Below, piece after piece: positions 41,131 to 53,111 of a DNA stretch of 64,000 nucleotides; within the stretch, counting starts at the first letter, position 1; every line of letters starts with the position of its first letter. Both the position numbers and the translations under genes were made by a program. The DNA is from Octopus sinensis (lineage: Eukaryota): the NCBI RefSeq assembly GCF_006345805.1, contig NC_042997.1:141546001-141610000 (forward strand), read 5' to 3'. Below the pieces are notes generated by a model that was given only the letters and a program-made list of their open reading frames with translations, had not been told where the DNA came from and ran no database searches.

Positions 41131-42364
41131 TGCTACGGAACGGACGGAATCGCCCGCCGTCGTCGCTCGCCCGAACGGCCCACTAGTTCGCCACGGAACC
41201 CAAAGAGGCGGAGAGAGGAGATACAGATAGATACTGCCACAACCTCAACAGCACAGAGATACAGAGGCACAACCCGAGATACAACCCAAAGAGAGGCAAG
41301 GCAACAACTGGCAACACTGGCTTATATTCAAACAACAGTTTATACGACAATTACAATTGCTACACATCAAATACATTTAAGGCAGACATTTAAAGGAAGA
41401 CATGCACGTGACTACTCAATACATAATACAACAGCATTTCAAGAGTACAACATCATGTAACAATTCAAGAGTACACGTCCCAAGACAACAGTTCTTTAAA
41501 GTCTCTTCCTAAACATCACAATCAACAAGTCCTTTACTCTTCTTCTTCACAATGTCCTTTATCGACCACATCGACAGAGTCCTTGACTGTTCTTTTTCTC
41601 TTTTCAATACACCGTGACACATATCAATGCACAAACACATACCTCAATTCCTAATTGAATATGCCAGTGTCCCATTCCTCTCAATACTGCTAATTCCTCT
41701 GAATACTGCTAATTCCCTTCTGTGCCGCCAAGCTCTCTCGCACCCAACTTGCTCCTAAGAATTCCAACGCTTGCTCCTTAAATCCAAGGTCCGTCTGTCT
41801 TCCTCGAGGACCGGCCAGCGACCGCAAGATCCGTCTGTGCTCCTCGACGACCGCTCAACGACCGCCAGATCCGTCTGTGTTCTTCGACGACCAACTACCA
41901 ACTACCAGACCTCACTTCGTCTCTGTCCTTCTTCCACTCCCCTCATCTCCCTCTGTCTATATCGCTCTTACCCTTTCTAACTGCCCTGGTCCTTATACCC
42001 TATCTATATCGCCTGCTGTCTCTTAGCCTTTCTATTTGCTATCTGATTCCTTACTCTATCTCTATTCTCAATCTGTCTCTTACTGCCTATCTCTATCGCC
42101 TGCTGCCTATTACCCTCTCTTGACAGCTCTACCATACTCTCTGCCTGTCCCTCTCTGCCTGTCCCTCTCTGCCCCCCTCATCCTCTCTCACGACATATTC
42201 AAGGGGTGTCCAGAGCGACCCCTAATTCACCCGCACAAGGTCACAGGTCATTCCAAAACCCATTAGTCCTCCATTAAACAAAAGACTGTCACTTTTCTAC
42301 TAGACATGCCGGAACCATAATTCCAATGTGGGTCACCGGGAAATGCACCAGCTAAACCGTAACA
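41131..42364 (-). repeat. 5' LTR (1234 bp)
   Basis: TGCTACGG...CCGTAACA. Differs from the 3' LTR by a few substitutions and indels. Confidence 0.92.
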
Positions 42365-42591
42365 ATATAATAGAAATATTAAAATTACTAAGTCTCTATA
42401 AAAGAAATTATGGCAGCGTTTACTGGAAATTAATTGTTATCGCCATATTAATATGGCATTCTTATAGATATAAGAATAATCGCTGCCATGGTCAGCTCCA
42501 TGAGGCCACCGCCATCAAGATAGCTATTGATACACGATCTGTATCCATTATAACCTTCGAACAAGGGAGGTCAGCCGCTTCACACTGCCAG

Positions 42592-42649
42592 TCCGACAGC
42601 TACAGACGCGTTTCGGGGTATTGCCCCTTGTCAATGTAGCGCAGTCAGA
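42592..42649 (-). ncRNA. Type I hammerhead ribozyme motif, U3-A8 variant (family B, minus copy)
   Basis: Exact reverse complement of 42921-42978. Confidence 0.75.
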
Positions 42650-42920
42650 CCCGCAGGTGTCGCCACTGACGTCTCTGTTCGAAGGCTTATATTTACCTAG
42701 TTTCAGTGGAGCTGACCATGGCAGCGATTATTCTTATATCTATAAGAATGCCATATTAATATGGCGATAACAATTAATTTCCAGTAAACGCTGCCATAAT
42801 CTCTTTTATAGAGACTTAGTAATTTTAATATTTCTATTATTGAAAACAAGTGGATGTATTCCACTGAAACTAGGTAAATATAAGCCTTCGAACAGAGACG
42901 ACAGTGGCGACACCTGCGGG

Positions 42921-42978
42921 TCTGACTGCGCTACATTGACAAGGGGCAATACCCCGAAACGCGTCTGTAGCTGTCGGA
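42921..42978 (+). ncRNA. Type I hammerhead ribozyme motif, U3-A8 variant (family B)
   Basis: TCTGAC-tgc-GCTACA-TTGACAA-GGGG caata CCCC-GAAAC-GC-GTC^-TGTAGC-t-GTCGGA. Predicted cleavage after 42965. Stem III is the palindrome ACGCGT. Confidence 0.78.
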
Positions 42979-43134
42979 CTGGCAGTGTGAAGCGGCTGAC
43001 CTCCCTTGTTCGAAGGTTATAATGGATACAGATCGTGTATCAATAGCTATCTTGATGGCGGTGGCCTCATGGAGATGACCATGGCAGCGATTATTCTTAT
43101 ATCTATAAGAATGCCATATTAATATGGCGATAAC

Positions 43135-43186
<52 letters not shown>

Positions 43187-43192
<6 letters not shown>

Positions 43193-43778
43193 GTCAAGAA
43201 AGCCGAGGGTGTCTTGACATCACTCGGCAAGACATTTGTTAGCCGCTCTCCAGCCATCTATTTAAAACTGTATACAGCTATGGTACGACCACACTTGGAA
43301 TTCGCATCATCAGTTTGGAACCCCTATCTTGCTCAGAACATTGACCTCCTGGAATCTGTTCAGAGACGTGCAACCAAACGCATACCCTCCATCAGACACC
43401 TACCATACTCTGAGCGCCTTGTTTCCCTGGGCATGGATTCATTGAAGCTCCGGCGTCTAGCGATGGACTTGGTAAACACCCACAAAGTTATCAACCACCT
43501 CACCAACAACAACACTGAACACCTTTTTGATCTTCATGTGTCTAACACACGTGGACATGCCTACAAAGTCAGAAAACAACACAGCTCCCATGACTTTCGG
43601 AAACATTTTTTCACGCTCAGAGTTGCTGAAGCATGGAACAAACTGCCTGCGTCAGTTGTTGACTGCCATGACACTGCATCCTTTAAGGCCCTCATGCTTT
43701 CCGAAATCCGCCAAAACTACACCTGATTATACATACACTTTAGATGAGTTGTAGTGCACCTGAGCACTGTACACAATG

Positions 43779-43815
<37 letters not shown>
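43187..43815 (+). mobile_element. CR1-clade LINE 3' fragment
   Basis: LYTAMVRPHLEFASSVWNPY, LESVQRRATK, TRGH.YK and FFTLRVAEAWNKLP motifs, stop at 43726, (ATT)n tail. Confidence 0.9.
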
Positions 43816-43855
<40 letters not shown>

Positions 43856-43867
43856 TATATGTATATA

Positions 43868-43942
<75 letters not shown>

Positions 43943-44139
43943 GCATACATATATGTACATACATATTTATGTATATAGATTATGCATATATGAAAAAAAG
44001 ACAAGTAACATAAAGAACGACGTTCTCTATGTTACTTGTCTTGTTTTCTATTTGTTTCTTTCGTTGTCTGTATACCCAATTTTATTTTCGAATTTCATGT
44101 TGTTTACGCTTTCTGACGTCCTGTACCCATATATGCATA

Positions 44140-44165
44140 TCTATACACATATATATGTATGTATA

Positions 44166-44213
<48 letters not shown>

Positions 44214-44454
44214 ATATATTATATATATATATATTATATATATATATATTATATATATATATATACATGCATACATACATACATACATACATACATACAG
44301 ACAGACAGACAGACAGACAGATAGATAGATAGATATACAAACGTTCATACATTCGTGCGTACATACATACATACATGCATACATGCATGCATACATGCAT
44401 GCATACATGCATGCATACATGCATGCATACATACATACATACAGACAGACAGAC

Positions 44455-44485
<31 letters not shown>

Positions 44486-44811
44486 TAGATAGATAGATAT
44501 ACAAACGTTCATACATTCGTGCGTACATACATACATACTACATACATACATACATACATACATACATGCATACATACGTACATACATGCATACATGCATG
44601 CATACATACATACATACATGCATACATACGTACATACATGCATACATACGTACATACATGCATACATGCATGCATACATGCATGCATACATACATACATA
44701 CATACATACATACATGCATACATGCATGCATACATACATACATACATGCATACATGCATGCATACATGCATGCATACATGCATGCATACATACATACATA
44801 CATACATACAT

Positions 44812-44848
<37 letters not shown>

Positions 44849-44885
44849 TAGACAGACAGACAGACCGACAGACAGACAGACAGAC

Positions 44886-44956
<71 letters not shown>

Positions 44957-45128
44957 AGATAGATATACAAACGTTCATACATTCGTGCGTACATACATAC
45001 ATACATACATGCATACATACGTACATACATGCATACATGCATGCATACATGCATGCATACATACATACATACATACATACATACATACATACATACATAC
45101 ATACATACATACATACATACATACATAC
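44140..45128. repeat. Compound microsatellite (TA, ATAC, ATGC, AGAC, AGAT) with higher-order periodicity
   Basis: The spacer GATATACAAACGTTCATACATTCGTGCGTAC recurs at ~44331, ~44496 and ~44961 between simple-repeat blocks. Confidence 0.9.
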
Positions 45129-45673
45129 GTCTGATGAAAGATAAAATGTAAAAGATAAAGATACCTATGTGGTGGATCTGCAAAATGGTAAATGTCATTG
45201 GTTTGGTGTAACCTTTAAATCAAATGGAAAATTGATACAAATGGAACATATAGACAAAGAAGGCCTGTAAGTAACTCCATAATGTGGGTTTAAATTAAGT
45301 TTAAAATAACATTGTGATTTAAAGACTTCTATTGGTATTCTGAGAGGAATGTGTTGTTACAAAAAATGTAGGAAGCCTAATGTGAATAGAACATTATGAG
45401 TTGTTAAGTACATTGACAATAAAAAGTATCTGATAATTTTTTTTAAGACTATATGGTTATGGTTGAAGCGTTAAGGTGAAAAAATGTGTGAACAAAGAAT
45501 ATCGTTAAATGAAAAAATATAAAAGTGTTGGTGGGAAAAGTGTAAAATATTTAGTTAGATCCTGTGTAAGTGATGTAGTAGTTGCGTAACTGTTTCCGAT
45601 TACGGATATTAGTGGGTAAAGTTATTGCCATCTTCGGGATATATTTCTCTTTTTGCTGTATAGATAGGATTTT

Positions 45674-46540
45674 GAGAACCTTAGATTGTATAAAGAATCT
45701 TTTGTTTTGTTTTTTTTTACTTATATACAGTATACAACTACGAGCTGGAAGTAGTCCGTGAAATTACCTACCTCGGCTCTACCATCACTGATAACCTCTC
45801 TTTGAACCCTGAGATCAACAAGCGAGTTGAACGAGCATCCTCTACATTTTCCAGGCTCTCAAACTGGCTGTAAATGCTAAGATTGCAGTCTACAAGGCGT
45901 GCATCCACAGCACACTGTTTTGCGCGAAGCGAGACATGGAGCTTCTACTCCAGACAGGAACGGTATCTCAACGTCTTCTACCTTCGTAGCCTGACACGCA
46001 TCTTGGATATCAAGTGGGCCGACTGAGTCACCGGCACTCAAATCCTCAACCATGCCGAGATGCCCAGTATATTCACCCTGTTCCAGCAGCGCCGTCTGTA
46101 TATCACATGTATATCACATGCAAGACGAGATGATCCCAAAAGACTTCCTGTATGGGGAATTGGCCACCGGCAGAAGAGCACGAGGATGATATCATCTTCG
46201 TTTCAAGGACGTCTACAAGAGAGATACGAAGTCAATAGATCTGGATTCCTGAAATGGGAGGAGATCGCAAATGATTGCCAACGCTCGAGACAAATAAAAT
46301 ACGACGTAAGGAGATGGAACGAAGGAAATAGAAACTGGAACTTGGCATTAAAGAAAAACACGCTCAAAGAAAGGAAAAGTCAGTAGCGCCAGAAGAGAGC
46401 TTCTTCAAGTGCAGTCGCTGTATGCGAGACTGCCACTCCCGCGTGGGCCTCTGCAGCCATAGCAGACACTGCACCACCACAGCTGATTCAAATTCTCCAG
46501 GTGCAGGTCCATGGTCTCTCGAGCTGATGGATGCCTATCT
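45674..46540 (+). mobile_element. RTE (BovB-like) LINE 3' fragment, decayed
   Basis: LEVVREITYLGSTITDNLSL..EINKR, LPKRLLYGEL-like motif, and C-terminal FKCSRCMRDCHSRVGL.SH zinc finger. Confidence 0.85.
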
Positions 46541-47438
46541 ATGTAATAGACTATTCTTCATGATTAGAATGTGAAGGCTTTCGCTTGGGCATTAATATCG
46601 GTTTTACTTTTTGGCACAATTCAGTGAATTCGAGGGAGGGAGTTAGTTGATTACATCGACCCCAGTGATTAACTGGTACTTATTTTATCGACCGCGAAAA
46701 GATAAAATGTAAAGTCGACTTCGGCAGAATTTGAACTCAAAGTGTAAAAACGAACGAAACGGTGCTAAACATTTTTCCCGGCGTGCTAACGATTCTGCCA
46801 GCTTCCTCGCCTTATAGCACTGAAGTCATAAAGTAAGCCCGAATAAGAAAATATGAAAACTAATAAAAAGATTAATTCTACTATAATTCTGTTTAATATA
46901 CAAATAAGCATTTTCCCTGCATGCTAACTATTCAGCAAGCTCACCGCCTTATACAAGTGTCATTAAAATAGAAAACGAATATGAACTATAATGAAGCCGC
47001 ACATGCAAACATCACAAAAGATAACGCTGGTTGAAATGGTATAAGTAGAGAAGATGTACAGGATGACTTATGGACATCTGAAACAATGGAAGAAGAGAAA
47101 TAAATGCAAGAATAAATATCAAATTTTATAAGTCTCTAAATCTAGAAAACTAAGAACCAATTGTCTGGATAATCAGTGTGTAAAACAAATTGAAAATTTT
47201 TAATCCTGAGAAAAATATGATAAACTATATTAGATCAGAAGTAACAAATTCATGTGTAAACTAAGTGATAATATTAGGAACAAAATGGAAATATATTTTT
47301 AGAATAATTACATGCTGCTGAAAACATAATGCCTACCATTTTTCAAAACTGATAATGGAAACAAATCTGTTTTTTTTTTTAATAAAGCAATGAACACTCA
47401 GAGAGCTCAAATCTCCGCCAATGCAACATCAACGTCCT

Positions 47439-49045
47439 GATTTCTTTTATTAGACACAAAGCCTCTATAAAGATGGGACAACACAAAAACAGACAAAACA
47501 ATTCGATGGGGTACATAAAAACACATATCGTATAAAATTATGGATACAATGAAAATTGAGGATCTAATGACTTACATGCCGCCCCCCATGAGCAGGCAGT
47601 TTCATTTTACTGTTTTTAAACAAAGTTTTACTAACAGTTCAATATCCTGCCTTGTATCTGTTGGTTTTCCTTTTCTTCCTTTTTTTTTTAAATTTATACA
47701 AAGTCGCTATTTACACCATATTATCCAATAAATCTTCGAATTCCACTACCGGCGGCAACTCATCGAAGCGAAACTGTACCATTGTCAATTCTATCTTTTC
47801 CCCAAACAATTCCTTCAACCTTTCTCCTCTTTCTCTTTCCAGCAGAACAGCTTTCACATCTTCATTGTACTCTGTGGGTGCCAATTTAATTCTAATTACG
47901 TTCTTCATCTTCGCAATCTTTTTTTCTATCTCTACACTTTTTGTGTATTGTATCATAGTTCTTATATTTTTCCCTTTTGGTGTCACTCTCTGTTTTCCTT
48001 CACCAATCTCTTCTACTGTTGCTAGTATTCCTATCTCTGAATGTCTCTCATTCTTTGTTGCTATCATCTCTCATTTTGCTTTTTCTTCTATACTTTCTCC
48101 TCCTTGCTAGATGTTGATAACGGTCTCTGCTTTCGCTCCTCGACTTTGTCACTTACAAGTGTTGACCTGTCATTTTTTCTCTGATAGCATACGGGAGGTC
48201 TTCCTTCCACTACAACTCTCAGTTTCGTCTCGTCAGGCAACACCAATTCCTCTGCAATTTATGGAGGTCTGGTAAATTGATGTGAACCAACACCTCCAGT
48301 CCGTATCCCCATTAGTTCACCGCCGTAGTTCTTGTAATTTTCAGTATTTTGGTGGGTGTCCTCCTCTGTATTATAAAGGATGGTTACCACCAGCCACGCC
48401 TCGTCAATTTCTGGGGGCACCCTACCAATCCTCACTCTAGCCGCACTTTGCCACAGTAGATTGGTAGTAGCACCCACTCAGTTGATCTCAAAGGCATAGT
48501 GGAGTGTTTTATCACTTCTTCTTCACTCACGAAGCGTACCTCCACTGTACCGTATTTCTTTCCTCTGGTGTAGTACGTCGTTAGATCTTTAACTTCTCTC
48601 AAGCATTCTTTGACCACCTCCACTGCTGCTATTTCCACTTTTTTTGTTGCAATAGACAGCGTTCTGTATATTATTGTCTTTCTCTCTGTTTTTTTTTCTC
48701 TATAACTTCCTTAGGCGGCGTCAGCAGCCTCAGGTTGTCTCCTTCCTTTCTCAACAGTTCATTGAACATCTTCAAGTTCGTTTCGTTCAATTGTACTTCT
48801 CTAACTTTCAAGACATCCGTGGTTAGACTTTTCCCAGTCACTGCAATGTAACTGCCTGCTGGTACTGGTTTACTTTCCATAATATTATCCACAACTTCCC
48901 CCATAAATGGGGAAGAAATATAAAAATTCAGGTAACAAAAAATTTAACAATTCACTAATATAACAATTAGGTGCGGTAGACCTTCAACAATTTAACAATA
49001 ACAAGACTCACATCAAATGCAACAGGGAATCAAATGAATCGACAT
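47439..49045 (-). mobile_element. 1.6-kb ORF1-only Tx1-like non-LTR element with 14-bp TSD
   Basis: TSD AACATCAACGTCCT (47425-47438) / AACACTAACGTCCT (49046-49059). The broken ORF 48904->47711 has RRM-like (VEVRF, VRIGRVPPEI) and VVVEGRPPVCY zinc-knuckle remnants. The 3' tail has AATAAA. No EN/RT. Confidence 0.7.
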
Positions 49046-49959
49046 AACACTAACGTCCTCTCAACGATTAGCCAGAGATGATTTTTAAAATGAGAATATC
49101 TGAAATAAATTCGACTGCTCTCACAAACGAGAATACTAAAAATTAACTCGACCGCTCTCAAAAGTTAAGTTTAGAAAAAACGGGAAAATAATCCAGAACC
49201 CTTATCCGGTACCTGATCGATCCCAGTGGTAGTCATGGAATGTGGAGGTGGCTGTAGAAAATTTAGTAAGAGCAATAAATAGTTCATCCAAAGTTAACAA
49301 ATTCACCATTCAAAATAGTTTCAAAGGCAGGGATTTTTCAATGAATAGAATGAGACCTTTTGGTTTTCTCATCTCTTAAATTCCGGCCTCCCTTTAGTAT
49401 TCCTGTTATTTTAGATCGATGTATAGATGTATGTATATATGTAAGTATACTGTAGAGTGTTAACATGTATGTATAAAATATAATATATATATTATAAAAA
49501 TATGTCTTTACTATTTAATTTCTGAACGGTTTTGCTGCCGTGTGTTTATGTAGTTTGATTTTTTTTATCCATTAGTTTCTACTAAGATAGAGACGCGAGT
49601 AAAATTGATAATAGAGAAACGAAAATAAGACTTTGGAAACGGCCAAAGGGAGATAATTGAGAAAGACTTGAAAGTCAACGTAAAATCGTAATCATGTAAA
49701 GTAAAGTAAATATAACAAATAATACAGAATCCTTGTCCGGTACCCAATCGATGTCAAAATCTAATCAGTTGATGCCAGTCACGAGGTCAAACATCCCTGA
49801 AAGATTTATCCGTATCCATCCAGCGGTTCTTGAGACATCTTGTCTACGGACAGACAAACAAACAACCACGACTGAAAACACCACCACTGGAGTTAATGAA
49901 ATGCCAGTTGGAACATTGGAAGAATCAAGTTACTACAATCTGTCTTAAAGCAGTTAGTG

Positions 49960-51060
49960 TAATGTAATAGATTGGGTACATAGTAACTGATGTAAAATAA
50001 TCTGTCTTTATTCCATTACCAAAAAACTAAACGCTTAACATTTTATGAGATTAAGAACCATAAGGTAAATCAGTCATGTGTCTAAACAACTACAACAAAA
50101 AATATCAAGAACAAATAGAAAAATAAATCAATCGCAAAATGGTTTGAGGCCAGGCATGTTAATTTGTGAAGAATTGTTTGACCTAAGGGACCTTTTGATA
50201 AAGATCCCAAAGCATAAATCAAGCTGTTTACGTTTGCTTAATACACTCTAAGATAAAGTTGGTTAAATTTTTATAAGAACTGAGGATACGGGATAAGTAT
50301 ATGAGGACATATGGAGCGAACAACAGTGACAAGAACTGGACGAAGAAACGTCAGAGGTAAGTTAAGAAGTCAGACAAGATAGCTTGACTTCTAACCTATA
50401 TAACCTATACACAAAATAAGTCTTCAGAAAAGTAGAAAATATGTCGAAAATGTCAAAAGGAGATATAAACATCAACGACAGGCATTGACGATTATAAGAG
50501 ATCACTATTATAAGAGATAACCCACAGAGCATTGTAAGTGCAATGGCAAAGAAATGAATGCAAAATCCATGATAGTCAACAAGAACAATAGTTGCTCAAA
50601 ATAAATATTACCATTGAAGGAAAGCTAATTTAACAGACATTAAAATTAATATGTATGGGGTACATGTAATTAGAAAACGAGAACTGTGAAAGAGAAATGA
50701 AAAGAAAATTTGAGGTAGCCAGAAAGTAATTTGAAAATTGTCTAAAATACTAATATCAAGAAAATTTGATATCAAAATCAAAAGAAAACATTATTAAATT
50801 GTTATGTAGAATCCATTCTACAAAATAGCATTAAAACATGGACGGTGACAAAATTATCATCAAACAGAGTATTATCAAAAGTATTATACAGATTTTTAAG
50901 AATATGATAAAGTACTAAGATTAATAAAAATTAAAACCATTACAAGTCAACTAAAACAAAAGTATCAAAATATGCTAAACACTTCATTAAAAAGCATGGT
51001 CAACTGAGATTGTTGATATAAAGCAGAATGAATGAGCAGAACGGAAGAGGAAATTCATAG
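49960..51060 (+). mobile_element. Very decayed RTE-type RT region
   Basis: Remnants of the RTISLISH.SK, GVRQG..L.P.LYNLY and FDIK.KRK.LLNCYV motifs in several frames. Confidence 0.5.
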
Positions 51061-51636
51061 GCGTATAATATTCCTTTCAACTATAGGCATAATTTTGGGG
51101 AGAGGTAAATCGATTACATCAACTCTACTGCTACTTATTTTATCGATCCCGAAAGAGGATGAAAGGCAAAGTCGATTCGGCGGAACTTGAAATCAGAACG
51201 ACCTAGATGACGATCCATTGTTGAAAAATAACTGATGACGACGATGGCGAGGAAATTGTTTGAAACGGTTTGAAAAATCGTGTTAAATCTGGGGTGTATA
51301 ATAACGAGTAACGCTCTTAAACTGAACCCCCGATCGCCTACAGAAGGATGTGGTGTGTGTGTAGGACGTTGTATACATATTTCTGTGAGATACGTACATC
51401 AGGGAATGATATAAAGGGCATATATGTTTATTTCAATAAAAAAAAAATTTATATAACAAGGGCGCTTTTTTTAAAGACACCAGTTTTGCTGAAAATTGGA
51501 GTTAAAACACTTTGAAGCCACAAAAATTAGTACTATACTTACTTGCAAAAATGCAAGGATATCAAGTTAACTGGCATTCTTTTTTGCAATTTTGCAGAGG
51601 TAAGAAGCAATCCTTAATTCATTAAATTTTTTTTCC

Positions 51637-51942
51637 GGAGGCACATGGCCTAGTGGTTAGAGCTGCGGACTCGCGGTCGAGGGATCGCGGGTTCGAATCT
51701 CAGACCGAGCGATGTGTGTGTCTATGAGCGAAACACCTAAACTCCACGAGGCACCGGCAGAAGGTAATGGCGAACTTCTGCTGACTCTTTCGCCACAACT
51801 TTCTCACACTCTTTCCTCTGCATCAAGCTGTTCACATACGACGGACCGGCTTCCCGTCCAGATGGGGAGCCTATACGCCAATGAAACCGGGAAACCGGCC
51901 CTTATGAACCAAGCATGGCTCAAGAAGGAACAAACAACAACA
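51637..51942 (+). mobile_element. SINE family A variant
   Basis: GGAGGCACATGGCCTAGTGGTTAG head with B box GGTTCGAATCTC. Confidence 0.8.
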
Positions 51943-52257
51943 TGCCTGTATGGCTTCGGAGTGTTTTAACTCCTATTTTCAGCAAAACAGGTGTCTTAAA
52001 ACAAAAGCGCCCTTCTTATATATAATTCATTATTATATCTAATAATGTTGCCTATACGGCTTTAGCTTGCGGACACTGACATTAATATCTCTCGTAAGTA
52101 TTAATGTTCTTTCTTTATGTTCATTTCAATATATATGTTTTGATGTATTTTCTAATTGCTACATCGTTAAGGTTATATAAATGTGTGTGTGAGTGTGTAG
52201 AAATATATACATAAGAGAGTATTTATACATACATATACATATATATATATGTATGTT

Positions 52258-52296
<39 letters not shown>

Positions 52297-52860
52297 GAGG
52301 GTGGGTAGTGAAAAGTTCCTGGATTTGGGAAAAAGAAAGAACAGAAGGATCGGTTAATTATGATTTTATTCAAAATATCCCCTTCTCAGATCCATACACT
52401 TATTGCAGCGGTCCTTAAGTTTTTCTAAGCCCTGAGTAAGGAACTCGCAAGGTTGGGTCTCAATCCAGGCCTTTCACGATATCTTTAAAGCCAGGAAGTT
52501 TTCAGCAGCCCATCCTATATATGTATTTGTCAGTGTAAATAGATATATATATAAAGATATCTACATAAGAATACGTATATATATGTATATCTGGAAACAT
52601 TTCGTTGATACATTTCTACAATTTTTTTACACTGCACTGTCTGTTTATGTATGTGTATGTGTGTATATCTGTGTGAATGCGTGTGTGCGTGTGTGTAGGT
52701 ACGTGTGTGTAGGTACGTGTGTGTGTGTGTTTGTGTTTGTACCAGAGTAAGCACATAAATGTGAAACAAGGTAGGAAAAAATAGTACTCGAATACCGGAG
52801 GTAGAATAATATATTTTATTATTAAAGCTGCAAAAACCTCACCAAAAATATCACAATAAA

Positions 52861-52900
52861 ACTGTTACTCAGAGTTTCACGTCCCCATTCGTTGGGCAGT
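52861..52900 (-). ncRNA. Degenerate hammerhead-like motif (family D)
   Basis: Minus strand reads ACTGC-CCAACGA-ATG ggga CGT-GAAAC-TCTGA-GTA-ACAGT. The core departs from CUGANGA at positions 4 and 5. Confidence 0.35.
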
Positions 52901-52965
52901 TGTGATCCCTGAGTTACAACTATAGTATCGACAGTGATTTCGAAGTTTCGGCTAGCTAAGACATC

Positions 52966-53018
52966 ATTGACTATCTGACGATGGCTTAGCTGGCTGAAAC
53001 TTCGAAGTCACAGTCAAT
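52966..53018 (+). ncRNA. Type I hammerhead ribozyme motif (family C)
   Basis: ATTGACTAT-CTGACGA-T-GGCT tagct GGCT-GAAAC-TTCGAA-GTC^-ACAGTCAAT. Stem I pairs 8/9, stem III is the palindrome ACTTCGAAGT. An inverted partial copy precedes it at 52926-52965. Confidence 0.7.
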
Positions 53019-53111
53019 ATCATTCTCGTTAAAGAATAATAAATTTGTACTCTACCAAATATATTGAGTAATTCTTCAATTTAATGTAAGAATGTTTTTA
53101 GTAAGCATTTA

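Larger units (their letters stand above)
37923..42364 (-). mobile_element. Non-autonomous Ty3/Gypsy-like LTR element, 4.44 kb
   Basis: Two ~1.2-kb near-identical LTRs with TG...CA ends, ATAT TSD, PBS and PPT. The 2-kb interior lacks recognisable protease, RT or integrase catalytic motifs. Confidence 0.92.
42366..43139. mobile_element. Penelope pLTR / retrozyme-like repeat: 363-nt unit, one inverted copy plus 1.2 tandem copies
   Basis: 42366-42710 is the reverse complement of the unit. 42708-42777 recurs at 43071-43139 (period 363). Each full copy contains an HHR motif. Confidence 0.8.

Noticed and set aside
45130-45660. Possible additional PLE RT remnant on the minus strand
   Set aside because: Only one weak motif (QLLHHLHRI*LNI). 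Too decayed to call by eye.
48223-48237. CTGACGAGACGAAAC on the minus strand, both HHR core halves in one word
   Set aside because: Only 3 nt lie between the core halves, so stem II is impossible. It falls in ORF1 coding sequence (LPDETKL) and is coincidental.
51235-51270. CTGATGA...GAAA(C) on the plus strand
   Set aside because: No stem II, stem III or stem I pairing can be drawn.
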